A stretch of DNA of 63,001 nucleotides, filler included, from Globobulimina sp. (taxonomy: Eukaryota), in assembly GCA_003354225.1 (NCBI GenBank). It is 33 parts of 33 records of this genome, joined end to end, with 100 filler letters (N's around TTAATTAATTAA, not from the genome) between each part and the next. Parts side by side here need not be neighbours in the genome. Positions count along the whole stretch, not along the records: positions 1 to 1,814 come from PIVH01011635.1; positions 1,915 to 3,728 come from PIVH01011636.1; positions 3,829 to 5,642 come from PIVH01011637.1; positions 5,743 to 7,556 come from PIVH01011638.1; positions 7,657 to 9,469 come from PIVH01011639.1; positions 9,570 to 11,382 come from PIVH01011640.1; positions 11,483 to 13,295 come from PIVH01011641.1; 26 more parts are not named here. The stretch is one strand, 5' to 3'. Below, piece after piece: positions 1 to 11,550 of this stretch. Positions within the stretch are counted from its first letter, which is position 1. Each line of letters opens with the position of its first letter. Made by a program: the position numbers and the translations under genes. The notes beneath the pieces are model-generated. The model saw only the letters and a list, made by a program, of their open reading frames with translations. It ran no database searches and was not told the origin of the DNA.

Positions 1-32
1 ATCTTACCGCGTGTTATAATAAAGTAAAAGCT

Positions 33-1814
33 GTGAAATCCTGGAAGGAAATGTCGATATTGTTGGTATGTTTAGGGTCATTATGGAGCTTAGAAACACC
101 ACAACGCACAAAATATGTCAGTGATAAACAAATGAGTGCGATTTATAAACATTTATGTTCGGCTAAACGCGGTACAACGGATAATATATTGGATAATGTT
201 GGGCATACATTTGGTGAATATATCACTCCATTAATGGATAAATTAGCCGGTAAAATATTAAGTGAACGCCAACAGATTACAAAATATGGATATTGTTTAT
301 GGTATAATTTGTTGCACTGTGTATGGCAAACAAAAATAAAGCATTCCCAGACCGGTATGACTAAGGTAAAGAAAAGTACACAACAAATATCCAATGTATT
401 AGATGCAACTTCAGATATTCAACATTTATTCACTTTGGTTGGGTTTGATTTAACCTTTGTTCGCTACGAAAGACCCATTAAAATGGAATATCATTTTGTT
501 AGAACTTTATTATCTGCAGAAAATCCATCAGCACAACAGTTATCTTCCAGAGTTAAATACGATTTTATTATACAAATATTAGCAAAAATATCTGAAATCG
601 AGCAAGTATATACATTTTTATTAGCAATTAAAACGGATTTAAGAAACTTAATTGGCAACGATACCCAGTCATGGTTTGTATTTGTTTATTACATGTTAAG
701 TGCCTGTAAAATACCTAAAGATAAAGATATTATGCAGTTGCAATTAAGCAAAGCGGTTATCAAATGCATGGAGCTAACCTCTGAATTATTTTGTGACAAA
801 GTTGAGCAAATTGATCAACAAAAAGACGCCGAATCCTTGTATAAATTATGTACCAATTTCCCCGTGATTATGGATGGAAAAATCAGACACAGTATCTTAG
901 AAAATAATTATTTACTATCACGCGTGCAAAATGTACCATTTATTGCCGATTGTTTACGTCCTGAGTTCGCCAAAGAAACCTGGAAACCGACCTTAATAAA
1001 ATGCATTAGAGTATGGTTAAATTTCCATGGCTTAGCCCCTACCATCAATATCATCAAAAATTTCCATTTGGACGCCAAAACCTTTGAAGATTATTGCGTA
1101 AACAATGACATATCACGGCATATCCCCGACGAATTAGATAAAAAAATTAAAATGATTACAAACGTTGGCTTACCACCGGAAATCCGTAGAATTTTATCTC
1201 TGACCATTACCAGACCGTGGAAGCAATTAAATGATAAAGAACGTCTGCAAATAACTCAAGGCACCGTATTTTTATTACAAAATGATTTGGTGGAACCTGC
1301 AGATACCATCTTAACCAATGTCATTGGCAAAGAAAACCCCTTCGACCATGCCAATGATGTGGCCATTCTCAATTATTTAGTGAGCAAAATTGGTAAGGAA
1401 TATATCGAATTGCTATCCGCGCTGCGTAGGACTCAAAATTATAATCATTTAGCCATCAAAGATCGGTTAGACGCATTTCATACATTTTGGAGTACCAAAC
1501 TAACCAACATCGCACAGCAACAAACCCAGGTGGCTGTGGTGGATATTTTATCTAATAACAGATATGCCAATTTTGCGCATATTCATAACGCATTTCAGTC
1601 TTCGGGCGGCGTGGTATCATCCGGTCGACAGTCGAGCTGCGAGCAGTTATTCCAAACGTTTAACAAAGCAAAATTATTCAAATCGCAAATTGATACATTT
1701 TTCCAAACCTTTGCGCCTTCGCGCATGTTTTGGGCGGCGGACATAAAGGAATTGAATAAAATCTACACAAAATTAGAAAATTGGCATGATTTGAGCTTGA
1801 ATGCCATTATTAAT
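33..1814 (+). CDS. Fragment of large helical hypothetical protein
   Basis: ~590-codon open frame running off the contig end; no motif recognised. Confidence 0.6.
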
Positions 1815-1914
1815 NNNNNNNNNNNNNNNNNNNNNNNNNNNNNNNNNNNNNNNNNNNNTTAATTAATTAANNNNNNNNNNNNNNNNNNNNNNNNNNNNNN
1901 NNNNNNNNNNNNNN
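1815..1914. other. Artificial contig spacer (first of 32 identical spacers, ~every 1.91 kb)
   Basis: 44 N + TTAATTAATTAA (stops in all six frames) + 44 N; contigs between spacers decrease monotonically from 1814 to 1811 bp. Confidence 0.99.
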
Positions 1915-2527
1915 GCTCTAAATAATTCACCTTGTAATTTATCACAGATTTCTTTATCATAAGGGTAATGAGGTGGACACAGTATTCGAAATTCATCAGA
2001 TGTAGCACGGCTGAATAGATCCGTCATTAACGTTTCTTGTTTTTGTTTTTCTTCATGTAAAAGAGATTTGGCTTCTAACACCACATTTGAATAAAAATGT
2101 GAATGTTGCAAAGTTAAGGAAGGAAATGTATCTACATCTTCTACATTGATGAGTGGCGTTTCTGTTAATCCACTAAATGTATAAGTTTCTGCAATTTGGT
2201 GATCACATTTATTATTTGCTGTACTGATTGGAGTATCTGCCATACATTCCGTTAAACCACATATCTCCGATTCAGACTGTAATAAAGTAAGTGTGGCAGT
2301 GGCACAGTGCAAAGAATGTGATATATCATTATTAAGATCAGTGGGTGGTTTGTCTGACTCTGACATGCCACCACAGTTTGTATATTTATAGTGAAAACAT
2401 TGTGAGTTTTCTCGGATGAACATCCCAACTCTGTTTCGAACTTTCGAATATCATTTATGATCATTTCGGACAACAACTCAAAAAAAAGTTTAATAATAAT
2501 TGCATTTGATTCATCAAAAATTTCGTG

Positions 2528-3728
2528 CTATGTATCTTTAGCTCCCGCTGTAGCAAATTTCACAGTGATTAGATGCTTATCATCAACAATACCAACCTGT
2601 TCTAATGTTTTCCATGTTGTTAATACTTTCATTTTTGAATACAACTGAATATCTTTTAATTCTGCAGACACACTCGACTGTTCTTTGTATAATGCTTTCA
2701 CAGACTTTACACAAACATTTTTACTTACCCTCTCATTCAATGTTATATATTTCCCCTGACTGAAAATATTTATTTCAAACTTATTTTCCTTTTCCGCTCC
2801 ATTCAACACATCCAATGTATCCTTCTCCTTTGATTTCAACTTTTGAATTTCATTAAAAAGCGTTTGGCATAATCCAAAATTGTCACAAATATCAAACGAA
2901 TCACCAACTTCTTGTACATTCTCCAAAGTCACCAGATCTCGGCCATTGCATCCACAGTCTATCACTGCTTCGATTAATTTATCTTTCCATTCACTTTCAA
3001 CCATAATATCAATATTCTTTATCCAATGTATTATGTCATTATTGCTCCATTTATCAATTTTCTTCAATAAATAGTTTCTTTTCCATATTGTTTTCTTTCT
3101 GCATAAAGATGGATATCCGTGGCCATGGCCTTCTGTTTCATTCTCCTTTGTTTTCTCTTCCTGTCCCTCTGTGACCGACGCACATAACGCATCCAAATGT
3201 TTCCTTAATTGTCGCGTTAAATCTTTTTCCTTTTTCAATAAAACTTTTGCTTTATTTAGCTGCTCTTTTAATTGGCAGCAAACAGATTTTTCATCGTCAA
3301 ATTTTATCTTTAATTTCTTATGTTTGTTATTTGCAACTCTTGTTTTTGTGTATTCTTTCTTTAAAGCGGAAGTGTTAATATTTAATTTCTGTTTTAAATC
3401 GCTTATCTCAGACTGTAGCACTTTTAATTCACTCTCTAATTCAAAATTACTTTTGATGATAAAATCATCACTGTGCTTCTCATCGTTTTTATATTCATTT
3501 TCATCATTGTTATTGTGTATACGTAGATAGTTTAGGTTCTCACACCATTTCATTAAAACGTTGGTAGTCTCAAAACATAATGACCACACTCTTTTCGTGC
3601 CATGTAATTCAAGCAAGCCTTCAGTTAAAGCACCATTGTAGTCAAGGTTTTTTCTAGTAAAAGATTTTATATCTTTTAAGTCAATACAACCGTGACATAT
3701 TCGACGTTTTTCGTTTTCATAATATTTT
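2528..3728 (-). CDS. PH (partial) - coiled coil - SAM - C-terminal ubiquitin-like protein, 5' truncated
   Basis: IDLKDIKS...RVWSLCFET..KW (PH C-terminal half); heptad region; KWSNNDIIHWI (SAM start); VKSVKALYKEQ..IQLYSKMKVL...TLEQVGI (UBL pattern). Confidence 0.65.
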
Positions 3729-3976
3729 NNNNNNNNNNNNNNNNNNNNNNNNNNNNNNNNNNNNNNNNNNNNTTAATTAATTAANNNNNNNNNNNNNNNN
3801 NNNNNNNNNNNNNNNNNNNNNNNNNNNNAATGGACAAAATCAACTAAAAACAAAACGTCAAACACCAAAACAAAAGTGGCATTTTGATGTGAAAAAAAAA
3901 GACAACAAAAAGACAACAAAAATATAAAATATAAAATTTAATATAAGTATATATATAAATAAAATTAGAAACAACA

Positions 3977-5255
3977 TTAACGACATGAATAATTCATCAT
4001 ACGCCAAGTACAAGTACGTGGCTCACAGCATGGATCGCCACTGTTTGGACTACAGCTTGAACCGTACGAAAGACAGGTTGTTGGTGTGGGAGCACTTGAC
4101 GGCGAAGCAGTAGTTGGTGTGCTTGGTGGAGCTGTAGTTGGTGGCCCGACATACCATGGATGTGTACACGTATCACAGTTCGGACTAGCCGCAGGTCCAT
4201 AGTCCTCATCATACGCATCGCAGCCACCTTCAATTTTAATAGTAGCCATAGCTCCATTATCTTCATGCTCTAAAACATGACAATGCAAAGTCACCTCTCC
4301 GCCATATCGGACCGCACGGAATTTAGCATCAAATGCATCCGTCAACGTATCAATCCAGTCACCATTTTGTACCCAATCAGTGTTACTCCCACCAACTACT
4401 TGCATATGATTTACATGCAAATGAAAGGGATGATCCGCTTCACCGGTGATAGCCCACATATTCACACTTCCTTCTTGAATGGTGGTCAAATAGTTGCTCT
4501 GCGACGAAAAGGGCTGACCATTGACTGAATCTGAACATATCGAGATGGAGAACGTATTATCGACTGCAGTGTTTAATAATGATTGCAAATAGTATGGTCG
4601 TACGGGATTGAAGGCAGGTAACGTCGTGAAAAAATTGAGAGGATTTGCAGAAACATCCAAGTAAAAAACATCACCACTCGAACTGCTGCAACTACCGCCC
4701 ATCATACAGCCCATACCGCCGCCCATACCGCCACCGCCCATACCGCAGACACCCGTGGCACTAACCGTATGGTAGCCAGCTGTGCAGCTGATAGCGATAT
4801 CCGCTCTGGAACCAGAGGTTAATATGACTTTTCTGTCAGCGATTATGCGCGGAACTTGGTTGTTTGCGCCGTGGATCAGGACACCATCTTTGGATAATAA
4901 GTTGACGGCGCAGGCAGCTGGAAATTGGAAGACAGTCTCCGGATGAATTATATCAGCAAACACTAATCGCAATTTGATCCATTTGTTTTCTTCCATTCCG
5001 CATATTTCTGGCTTATGCTGCCCGTTTACTGCATAAAAGGCGATGTAAGAAGAGGCTGAAAATACGGGATCATTGACGAGATTGTTTACATGCGGCAAAT
5101 TCATATGCTGTATCACTAAAAGACGTTCGTCAGCAAATAAATCCTGGTACCATACTGGGAATGAGTTGTATTCGTTGGCATTCTCCACAATCAATGCTCC
5201 AGCCGCACCTCCGCCAACTTGAACCGCTGTGCTTCCGTGAATATGCGGGTGATAC
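3977..5255 (-). CDS. Multicopper oxidase (last exon) with P/T/S linker and Cys-rich C-terminal module
   Basis: YHPHIHG at exon start (acceptor AG 5257-5256), HPFHLH and HCHVLEHEDNGAM copper motifs; Met/Gly-rich loop. Confidence 0.9.
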
Positions 5256-5319
5256 CTTTAATTGTATAAGTTATGGTGTGTAAAGATATAAATTCTTTTG
5301 CATACGGATAGATATGTCA

Positions 5320-5442
5320 GAATCACTGCGAATTAAAAGTAACTAATCACTGCGAATTTAATGGTCAGATTAACTAATTAACATTTTTTGTTTACATCTT
5401 ATGCGTTCTCGTGTTGTGAGGGCTTTTAATTCGCAGTGATTC
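5320..5442. repeat. 123-bp MITE-like element with perfect 20-bp inverted repeats, upstream of the MCO acceptor (probably intronic)
   Basis: GAATCACTGCGAATTAAAAG 5320-5339 / CTTTTAATTCGCAGTGATTC 5423-5442; third partial copy 5345-5358. Confidence 0.75.
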
Positions 5443-5742
5443 ATATGAATGTACGTATACTGTGCTGCGGATGGATAGATTATGCCAAACGTACCACATA
5501 GTTCCAGCAGAATGATGACAGGGGAATCGCCAGATATATTGGGAGGCAATATATTTTTAATTACACACAATATAATATAGGCAGTATAGAGAGTGGCAAG
5601 ATAATTGCAAACAAAATAGGAAATATAAGCGTAAAAAAATAGNNNNNNNNNNNNNNNNNNNNNNNNNNNNNNNNNNNNNNNNNNNNTTAATTAATTAANN
5701 NNNNNNNNNNNNNNNNNNNNNNNNNNNNNNNNNNNNNNNNNN

Positions 5743-6895
5743 GATCCGTCAATTTCTGCCCTTCTTCAATGCAATCCATATATGCTTCTTCTTCGATATC
5801 TGTTAAATTCAATTTGTAAATCTGCGCTAATTGTCGACGTTGGCATTCTTCGTATAATGCCATCTCAAATTCGTGCATAAATGCCTCTAAATTCACGTTC
5901 CCTGAAGTCACAACGTGATATTTCCGCTCTTTTGTGTTTATTAAATATGGTTCCCAGTCGCTCCAATCCTCTGCATTTTTCTCTTCTTTCTTCTCCCAAT
6001 CGTTTTTATTGAAAATCGAATTATACCAACTTCGACAGGCATTTTTTAGGTTGAATAATCCCGTAAATATATTATTAAAATCGAAAAATCGTGGATTTAC
6101 CACATAATTTCGACTCCTCGCTACTAATTTTTCGAAGCCAGGATGTAATACAATGCTTTCATCCATTTCTGGCAGTTTCTGCTTCGGCGCTATTTTTAAA
6201 GCCTCTCTCTTTAAAATCAATTTGCATTTTATGCGCAATTTCGCACACTTTCGCTTTGAATGTACTCTATTTTTTGCGCGCAATCTCTTCCTTCTTCGTT
6301 TTACATAAAGAGGGCAATGCCCCTTCTTCCAAACTCTCCGTACCTTATTTGCTTGAAACGCTTCTTGCAAATAAAATGTCTTATTTTCAGTTTCCTGCTC
6401 TTCACTGCTTCTCAACTCTTCTTCGATGCGGTACGTACTCAGCGTCTGTAAGGAGTCTCTGCTCCTTTCTAAAGGTTCTAAATTCTGTGTTGTGCCTAAA
6501 GCATTCACGGAATATTGACTGCTCTCCACATCGTTTAGTAATTCCGTGTTGTCTTCGCCTTTTCCGCTTAACGTCCGGCTGCTATCTAAACATTCTTCTT
6601 TTTGTTCATCATAAACTGTTTCGGAGCTTTCTGTTCTGTCTAAAATACCCGTTTTGTAGAGCAAATCTGATACATTTAATCGCGTAAAACGTATATCATC
6701 GCTTTCCTCACTGACATAGCCTCTAATTTTTGTGACTAAACGTTGCGATCTCCAATGCTTCCAAAACGTTTCCGGTACAAAATTAAGCACCGTCTTTGCT
6801 CTCTTTTTGACCAAAGTATCGATTTTAATGTATTCGTTGAATAGTTGCAACTCTGCAACGTTCGAAATACTTATCAATGTCTTTGGAGTCGCCAC
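5743..6895 (-). CDS. Hypothetical protein, 3' truncated
   Basis: ~385-codon intronless ORF with acidic and basic blocks; no motif recognised. Confidence 0.5.
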
Positions 6896-7797
6896 TAATT
6901 TAATTTTCGACCAAACTAATTTTGCTTCTCTCGCATTATCGCAGGTTAATTGTCGTAATGCTGCAGTGTCCTTTTTGATTAACTGTACATATGTTCGTCT
7001 CAGGATCGCTGCGTGCGCTCTCTTGATTTTCTAGTGCTTACAACGACTTCTTTTACCCTTAACTGTAAATCATAGGGGTCTTTGTAATGTAATTTACAGA
7101 TATTTATGTAATCGATATGGTGATTATGCCATAATATCTTTCTTCCCAAATCACGATATAATTTGTAAAGGCCCCAAATATCGCGTTTGAAGTCTAAATT
7201 TGTATTGAAAAAATGGTTATAATTCTTACCAACGAAATTTGAATTAGTTATATTTTAGGATGAATGTGTTTGTATAAATGATGATACTGTCGACCGATGC
7301 GGCATCGCTCTAAAATTGGACTCCATTCGTGACTGCATGATCCGAACTCGATTACGTAAATATAATTTCGTAAATGATCGCACGTGGCTTCCAAACCGGT
7401 TGTTCCTAATTCTAAACATTATATCCGTAAAGGACTGATAATTTGAAATATAAAAAGTATGACTAGATTATAGTTTGAATTAGTTGAATCTATTTGTGTT
7501 ATTTCACTAAGCTTTCGGCTAACTTAAAGAAGCCATTGTCAAAGTGTTTTAAATTGNNNNNNNNNNNNNNNNNNNNNNNNNNNNNNNNNNNNNNNNNNNN
7601 TTAATTAATTAANNNNNNNNNNNNNNNNNNNNNNNNNNNNNNNNNNNNNNNNNNNNGACGAATTATATATTAAAAAAAATTGGTTCAATGATGAAACCGA
7701 TTCAACTGATTATTGTTCGGCAATTTTAACAACAAAAATAAAAGGCATATTACGAAAACAATTCTTTACCTATGAATGTCAATATATTCCCTTTAAA

Positions 7798-9450
7798 ATG
7801 AGTACATTTTATGGAGAGTGCTGTTTTTTATATTATATTCTGGAGAAATTAGGTATTGTCGCCGAGCTATTCCATACAAAATATTTAATAATGTGTGACA
7901 AGGAAAGGCGATCAAAAATATCATATTATAATGGTTATATTGATGCAATCACTGCAAATCTGATTAGCGCACAACATTTATTATACATTTTGGATGAGAT
8001 TGATTTAATGGCTGGTAACGCGTTTAGAAACGATTATTTTTATCATTCAAAATCCGTTGTAATGAATAAAAATGTGCTGATCGACATATTAGACAATTAT
8101 AACTGCGCTGATATTGGAATAGATCTTTGTTCGTTGATTGCAGACTATTTAATGAATAAAAAGGATGATATATTGTTTCATTCTGAAGATCATGATGGCA
8201 AAGAGCTGAAAATAGAAACTTGCAAATATAATATTGGCAAACATAAAGTTATCGATATTCTCACCGAAGAGCAAGACGTACAAACAATGCTACGTAAAAT
8301 CTATGATGGCAAAGACATAACAGATTATTATACGAAATGTAGTAAAATATGGAGGGAGAGCACTCCTTCATTTCATTATGGAAAATATAAATATACGTTT
8401 GAGAATATACTAAAAATAGTATGGTATAAATTTAAGCAATATTACAGTCATCAATTATTAAATAATTTTGAAATCAAATATGAGGTCATTTATACGATAT
8501 TGTTATATTACACCGAGGCAGCTGTGGTTTGTAGAAATATTAATTGCTATATACAGACAAATAGGAAAGATGTCAGAATTTGGAAGCGTTGCTACAAAGC
8601 AACAGCAAAACAAGAGCTGTTACAAAATATATTTGTAATGATAAGTAAATGTATATCCATACATGTACCACGTAAACGTATATCTATTAATTTGCATGAT
8701 ATCTTTGCAAACCATTTATGCGATAAAGTGTCGTCGATGTCATGTGATGATGACAGTGATGGTGCGGATACAAAGGATTTTTGCGAGCTAATGATAAGAA
8801 ATTGCTATTTTAATCATGTATTTTCTGTAACCGATTTCTTTGAAAATGCAGATCATCACAAACAACATAAAGAGCTCTGGATAAATATTTGGAAACAAAT
8901 TCCAGTAAATACAAATAAAGAAAAATTAGAAAATATTTATGAATTAACACTGTATCATTGTAGGAAATATGCGATATTCAGCAAAACGCACAGTGAATGC
9001 GGCAGTGTTTATCGTCGTAGATCTGGCAGAAAAGTGTGGGGCCAACAAAAAATGAAAAAATTTTATATTTTACAGTTTATTGCTAATGATATAATTCCGA
9101 TCATTTTAGATATATTAAATATTGATAAATATGATAAACATTTAATATTGAATATGCTTATTAAATCTAATAATAATATATTATCATATGATATGTTTTT
9201 AAAATCGTTAGATCGTATTGTACGGATATTGGATAACGAAAAGTGTAAGAATTCTGCACTTTGGATAATGAAAAGCGTCAATATCAATGAATATGTGCAT
9301 GATAAATTTAGTCGGAATTATGTAGCAAAACAAATATATTCAAAGAAAAAGTGTTTGAGATCAAAATTTAGAAAATATAATGGAAAAAGCAATGATAAAA
9401 GAATCCAAAATAAAATGAGAAAATATAAGCCAAATTTTTTATCATGTTAG
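7798..9450 (+). CDS. Hypothetical protein
   Basis: 550-codon ORF, basic C-terminus, no motif recognised. Confidence 0.55.
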   Translation: MSTFYGECCFLYYILEKLGIVAELFHTKYLIMCDKERRSKISYYNGYIDAITANLISAQHLLYILDEIDLMAGNAFRNDYFYHSKSVVMNKNVLIDILDNYNCADIGIDLCSLIADYLMNKKDDILFHSEDHDGKELKIETCKYNIGKHKVIDILTEEQDVQTMLRKIYDGKDITDYYTKCSKIWRESTPSFHYGKYKYTFENILKIVWYKFKQYYSHQLLNNFEIKYEVIYTILLYYTEAAVVCRNINCYIQTNRKDVRIWKRCYKATAKQELLQNIFVMISKCISIHVPRKRISINLHDIFANHLCDKVSSMSCDDDSDGADTKDFCELMIRNCYFNHVFSVTDFFENADHHKQHKELWINIWKQIPVNTNKEKLENIYELTLYHCRKYAIFSKTHSECGSVYRRRSGRKVWGQQKMKKFYILQFIANDIIPIILDILNIDKYDKHLILNMLIKSNNNILSYDMFLKSLDRIVRILDNEKCKNSALWIMKSVNINEYVHDKFSRNYVAKQIYSKKKCLRSKFRKYNGKSNDKRIQNKMRKYKPNFLSC

Positions 9451-9573
9451 CTTAACATTGTTTTTTTTTNNNNNNNNNNNNNNNNNNNNNNNNNNNNNNN
9501 NNNNNNNNNNNNNTTAATTAATTAANNNNNNNNNNNNNNNNNNNNNNNNNNNNNNNNNNNNNNNNNNNNATGC

Positions 9574-11382
9574 TCAAAAAAATTCGTCAAATATTTGCCA
9601 CAATGTCCACTGTGGCGCAGGTACAACCTGTTCTTTTTTCAAGTGATCACGGTCATTTTCAGCGATATTGTGTGGATTAAAATAAAACGCAGTTTCAATA
9701 TCTTTATATGACTCATTACATTGATACACGTCCAGTTTATTTGTTGTTAAATTACATCCTAAACACAATCCATTTAAATCATTATTTATTTCTTCATCCA
9801 TTAATATCCCCTCTGTACCACTCTGTTGATCCTGTATCAAATCCCCAACATCCACACTCTCATAATCATCGATATGTTCATCACTTAAAATCTTAAATAC
9901 TTTAAAACTATTCAAATACGTAAATTTTGTTATTTTGGTAGCACATTCACGTGTTTTTTTTAATTTATATTTAAATTTCCATGCAAAGATATCATCCAAT
10001 TTCCAATCCATATAAATACATTCTTTTGTTTTCAAATTCTGTAACTGTCCGTATTGAGTCACCCTCCATTCCATCTCCTTTTTATTCCTCGTTTTTTGAT
10101 CACTGTCTACAAATTTCAATGCTGAATTTAAGCAAAAAACAGTACCATTATCGTTACGAAAAGTGACCATTGATGAAAAATCACCGATTAATGACAAATA
10201 TCTATCCATGGAATGATCATTGATTAATGGATGCGAACTGAATGATATCCACAACAAATAATTGATATATTCTTCATATTTTTTACCAAATAAAAACCTA
10301 AATATTAGCAACACCAATTTGGTTCTTGCGTCATTTCTTTCGCCAAGCAAAGCTCTCGGGATTATTTTCAAGATTTGTTCACTTAAAATATCATGATTTT
10401 CGCTGTTGAGTCCGTATAAAATCCTATTTTTGTCATGCAATATGTAATAATTACCGAGCGGTTTAAATGATTTTATTTGATTTAATAATAATTCATCATT
10501 CCACAAAAACTTAGGATATAAAACATCAAATTGTTCACCTAACAGTCGGGGAATTATATCAAATCTATTCACAAAATTAAAAGTGTTTCTATTCAATGTT
10601 TCTAATGTTGGATGGCTTTCGTTCATTGTCGACTCTCCGGATAAAACAGCTGGGGATCCAAAAGTAAATAATTTTATCTCGACATTTAGATCTGACAGTT
10701 GTTGGTTATATAAAGTCAGCATTCTCATCGCTAAAACTGTTGCATATCCAGCACCTACAAAAAAAACAATGGTCACAGCTTGCAATGTATTATATTGCTG
10801 TAACAAATAAGATAGGTATATACCTAAAGAATGTCCACAAGCAATTAATTTGGTGTTTGGTGTGAGCACTGAATGTAAAATACTAGTAATATTTGAGAAT
10901 AGCCATTGAATATTACCACCGATAGCTCCATGCACCAAGAAATTATCCAAAAAATCACTTTTTGTCCGGTCAAACATAGAAGTCCATGATTTTGACGATG
11001 AGATATCAGTGGGACTGTATGTTAGCGGCAATGGCGAGAAACTTACATCGATTAACATATCAATCAGGAAATCAGTACCACACAAAACTAAAAATATTGT
11101 GTTTGCATTAGCATTTTCAATTAATGCCCATTTAATATTTACATCATTCTCTGTTCGTAATTGTAAATAAAATAAATTGAATCCAGCAGGAAAATTATGT
11201 GGTGACTCTGTCAATGGCTCTTTCATTGATGGATCGTGGCTATGTTTAAATGTGTCATGATTGATTAAATAGATATAATTGGATAATATTGCACTGTACT
11301 GTGCATTCAATAAATTAAATCCTATTTTGTGTTCATTATCGGTTGTAATTTTATCAATTCGTATTGCATTAATTGTTCTGTT
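9574..11382 (-). CDS. Class 3 lipase with possible C-terminal ricin-B-like region; 69-nt in-frame intron at 10755-10823
   Basis: GT..D, VHG, GHSLG|GAGYA (restored by removing GT..AG 10823-10755), TFGSP, NRFDIIPRL, DHSMDRY. Confidence 0.85.
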   Translation of the reverse strand, partial: NRTINAIRIDKITTDNEHKIGFNLLNAQYSAILSNYIYLINHDTFKHSHDPSMKEPLTESPHNFPAGFNLFYLQLRTENDVNIKWALIENANANTIFLVLCGTDFLIDMLIDVSFSPLPLTYSPTDISSSKSWTSMFDRTKSDFLDNFLVHGAIGGNIQWLFSNITSILHSVLTPNTKLIACGHSLGIYLSYLLQQYNTLQAVTIVFFVGAGYATVLAMRMLTLYNQQLSDLNVEIKLFTFGSPAVLSGESTMNESHPTLETLNRNTFNFVNRFDIIPRLLGEQFDVLYPKFLWNDELLLNQIKSFKPLGNYYILHDKNRILYGLNSENHDILSEQILKIIPRALLGERNDARTKLVLLIFRFLFGKKYEEYINYLLWISFSSHPLINDHSMDRYLSLIGDFSSMVTFRNDNGTVFCLNSALKFVDSDQKTRNKKEMEWRVTQYGQLQNLKTKECIYMDWKLDDIFAWKFKYKLKKTRECATKITKFTYLNSFKVFKILSDEHIDDYESVDVGDLIQDQQSGTEGILMDEEINNDLNGLCLGCNLTTNKLDVYQCNESYKDIETAFYFNPHNIAENDRDHLKKEQVVPAPQWTLWQIFDEFF

Positions 11383-11550
11383 NNNNNNNNNNNNNNNNNN
11401 NNNNNNNNNNNNNNNNNNNNNNNNNNTTAATTAATTAANNNNNNNNNNNNNNNNNNNNNNNNNNNNNNNNNNNNNNNNNNNNTATACTTTTCGATTTTTT
11501 CGTAAAACTTTCTGCACGATTTTTTTTGGTCCAAAGTCTGCATCTGCATC

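Noticed and set aside
1859-1870. Periodic TTAATTAATTAA palindrome every ~1.9 kb
   Set aside because: Artificial concatenation linker flanked by N runs.
10755-10823. Apparent 23-aa insertion in the lipase GxSxG motif
   Set aside because: Explained by a stop-free 69-nt GT-AG intron.
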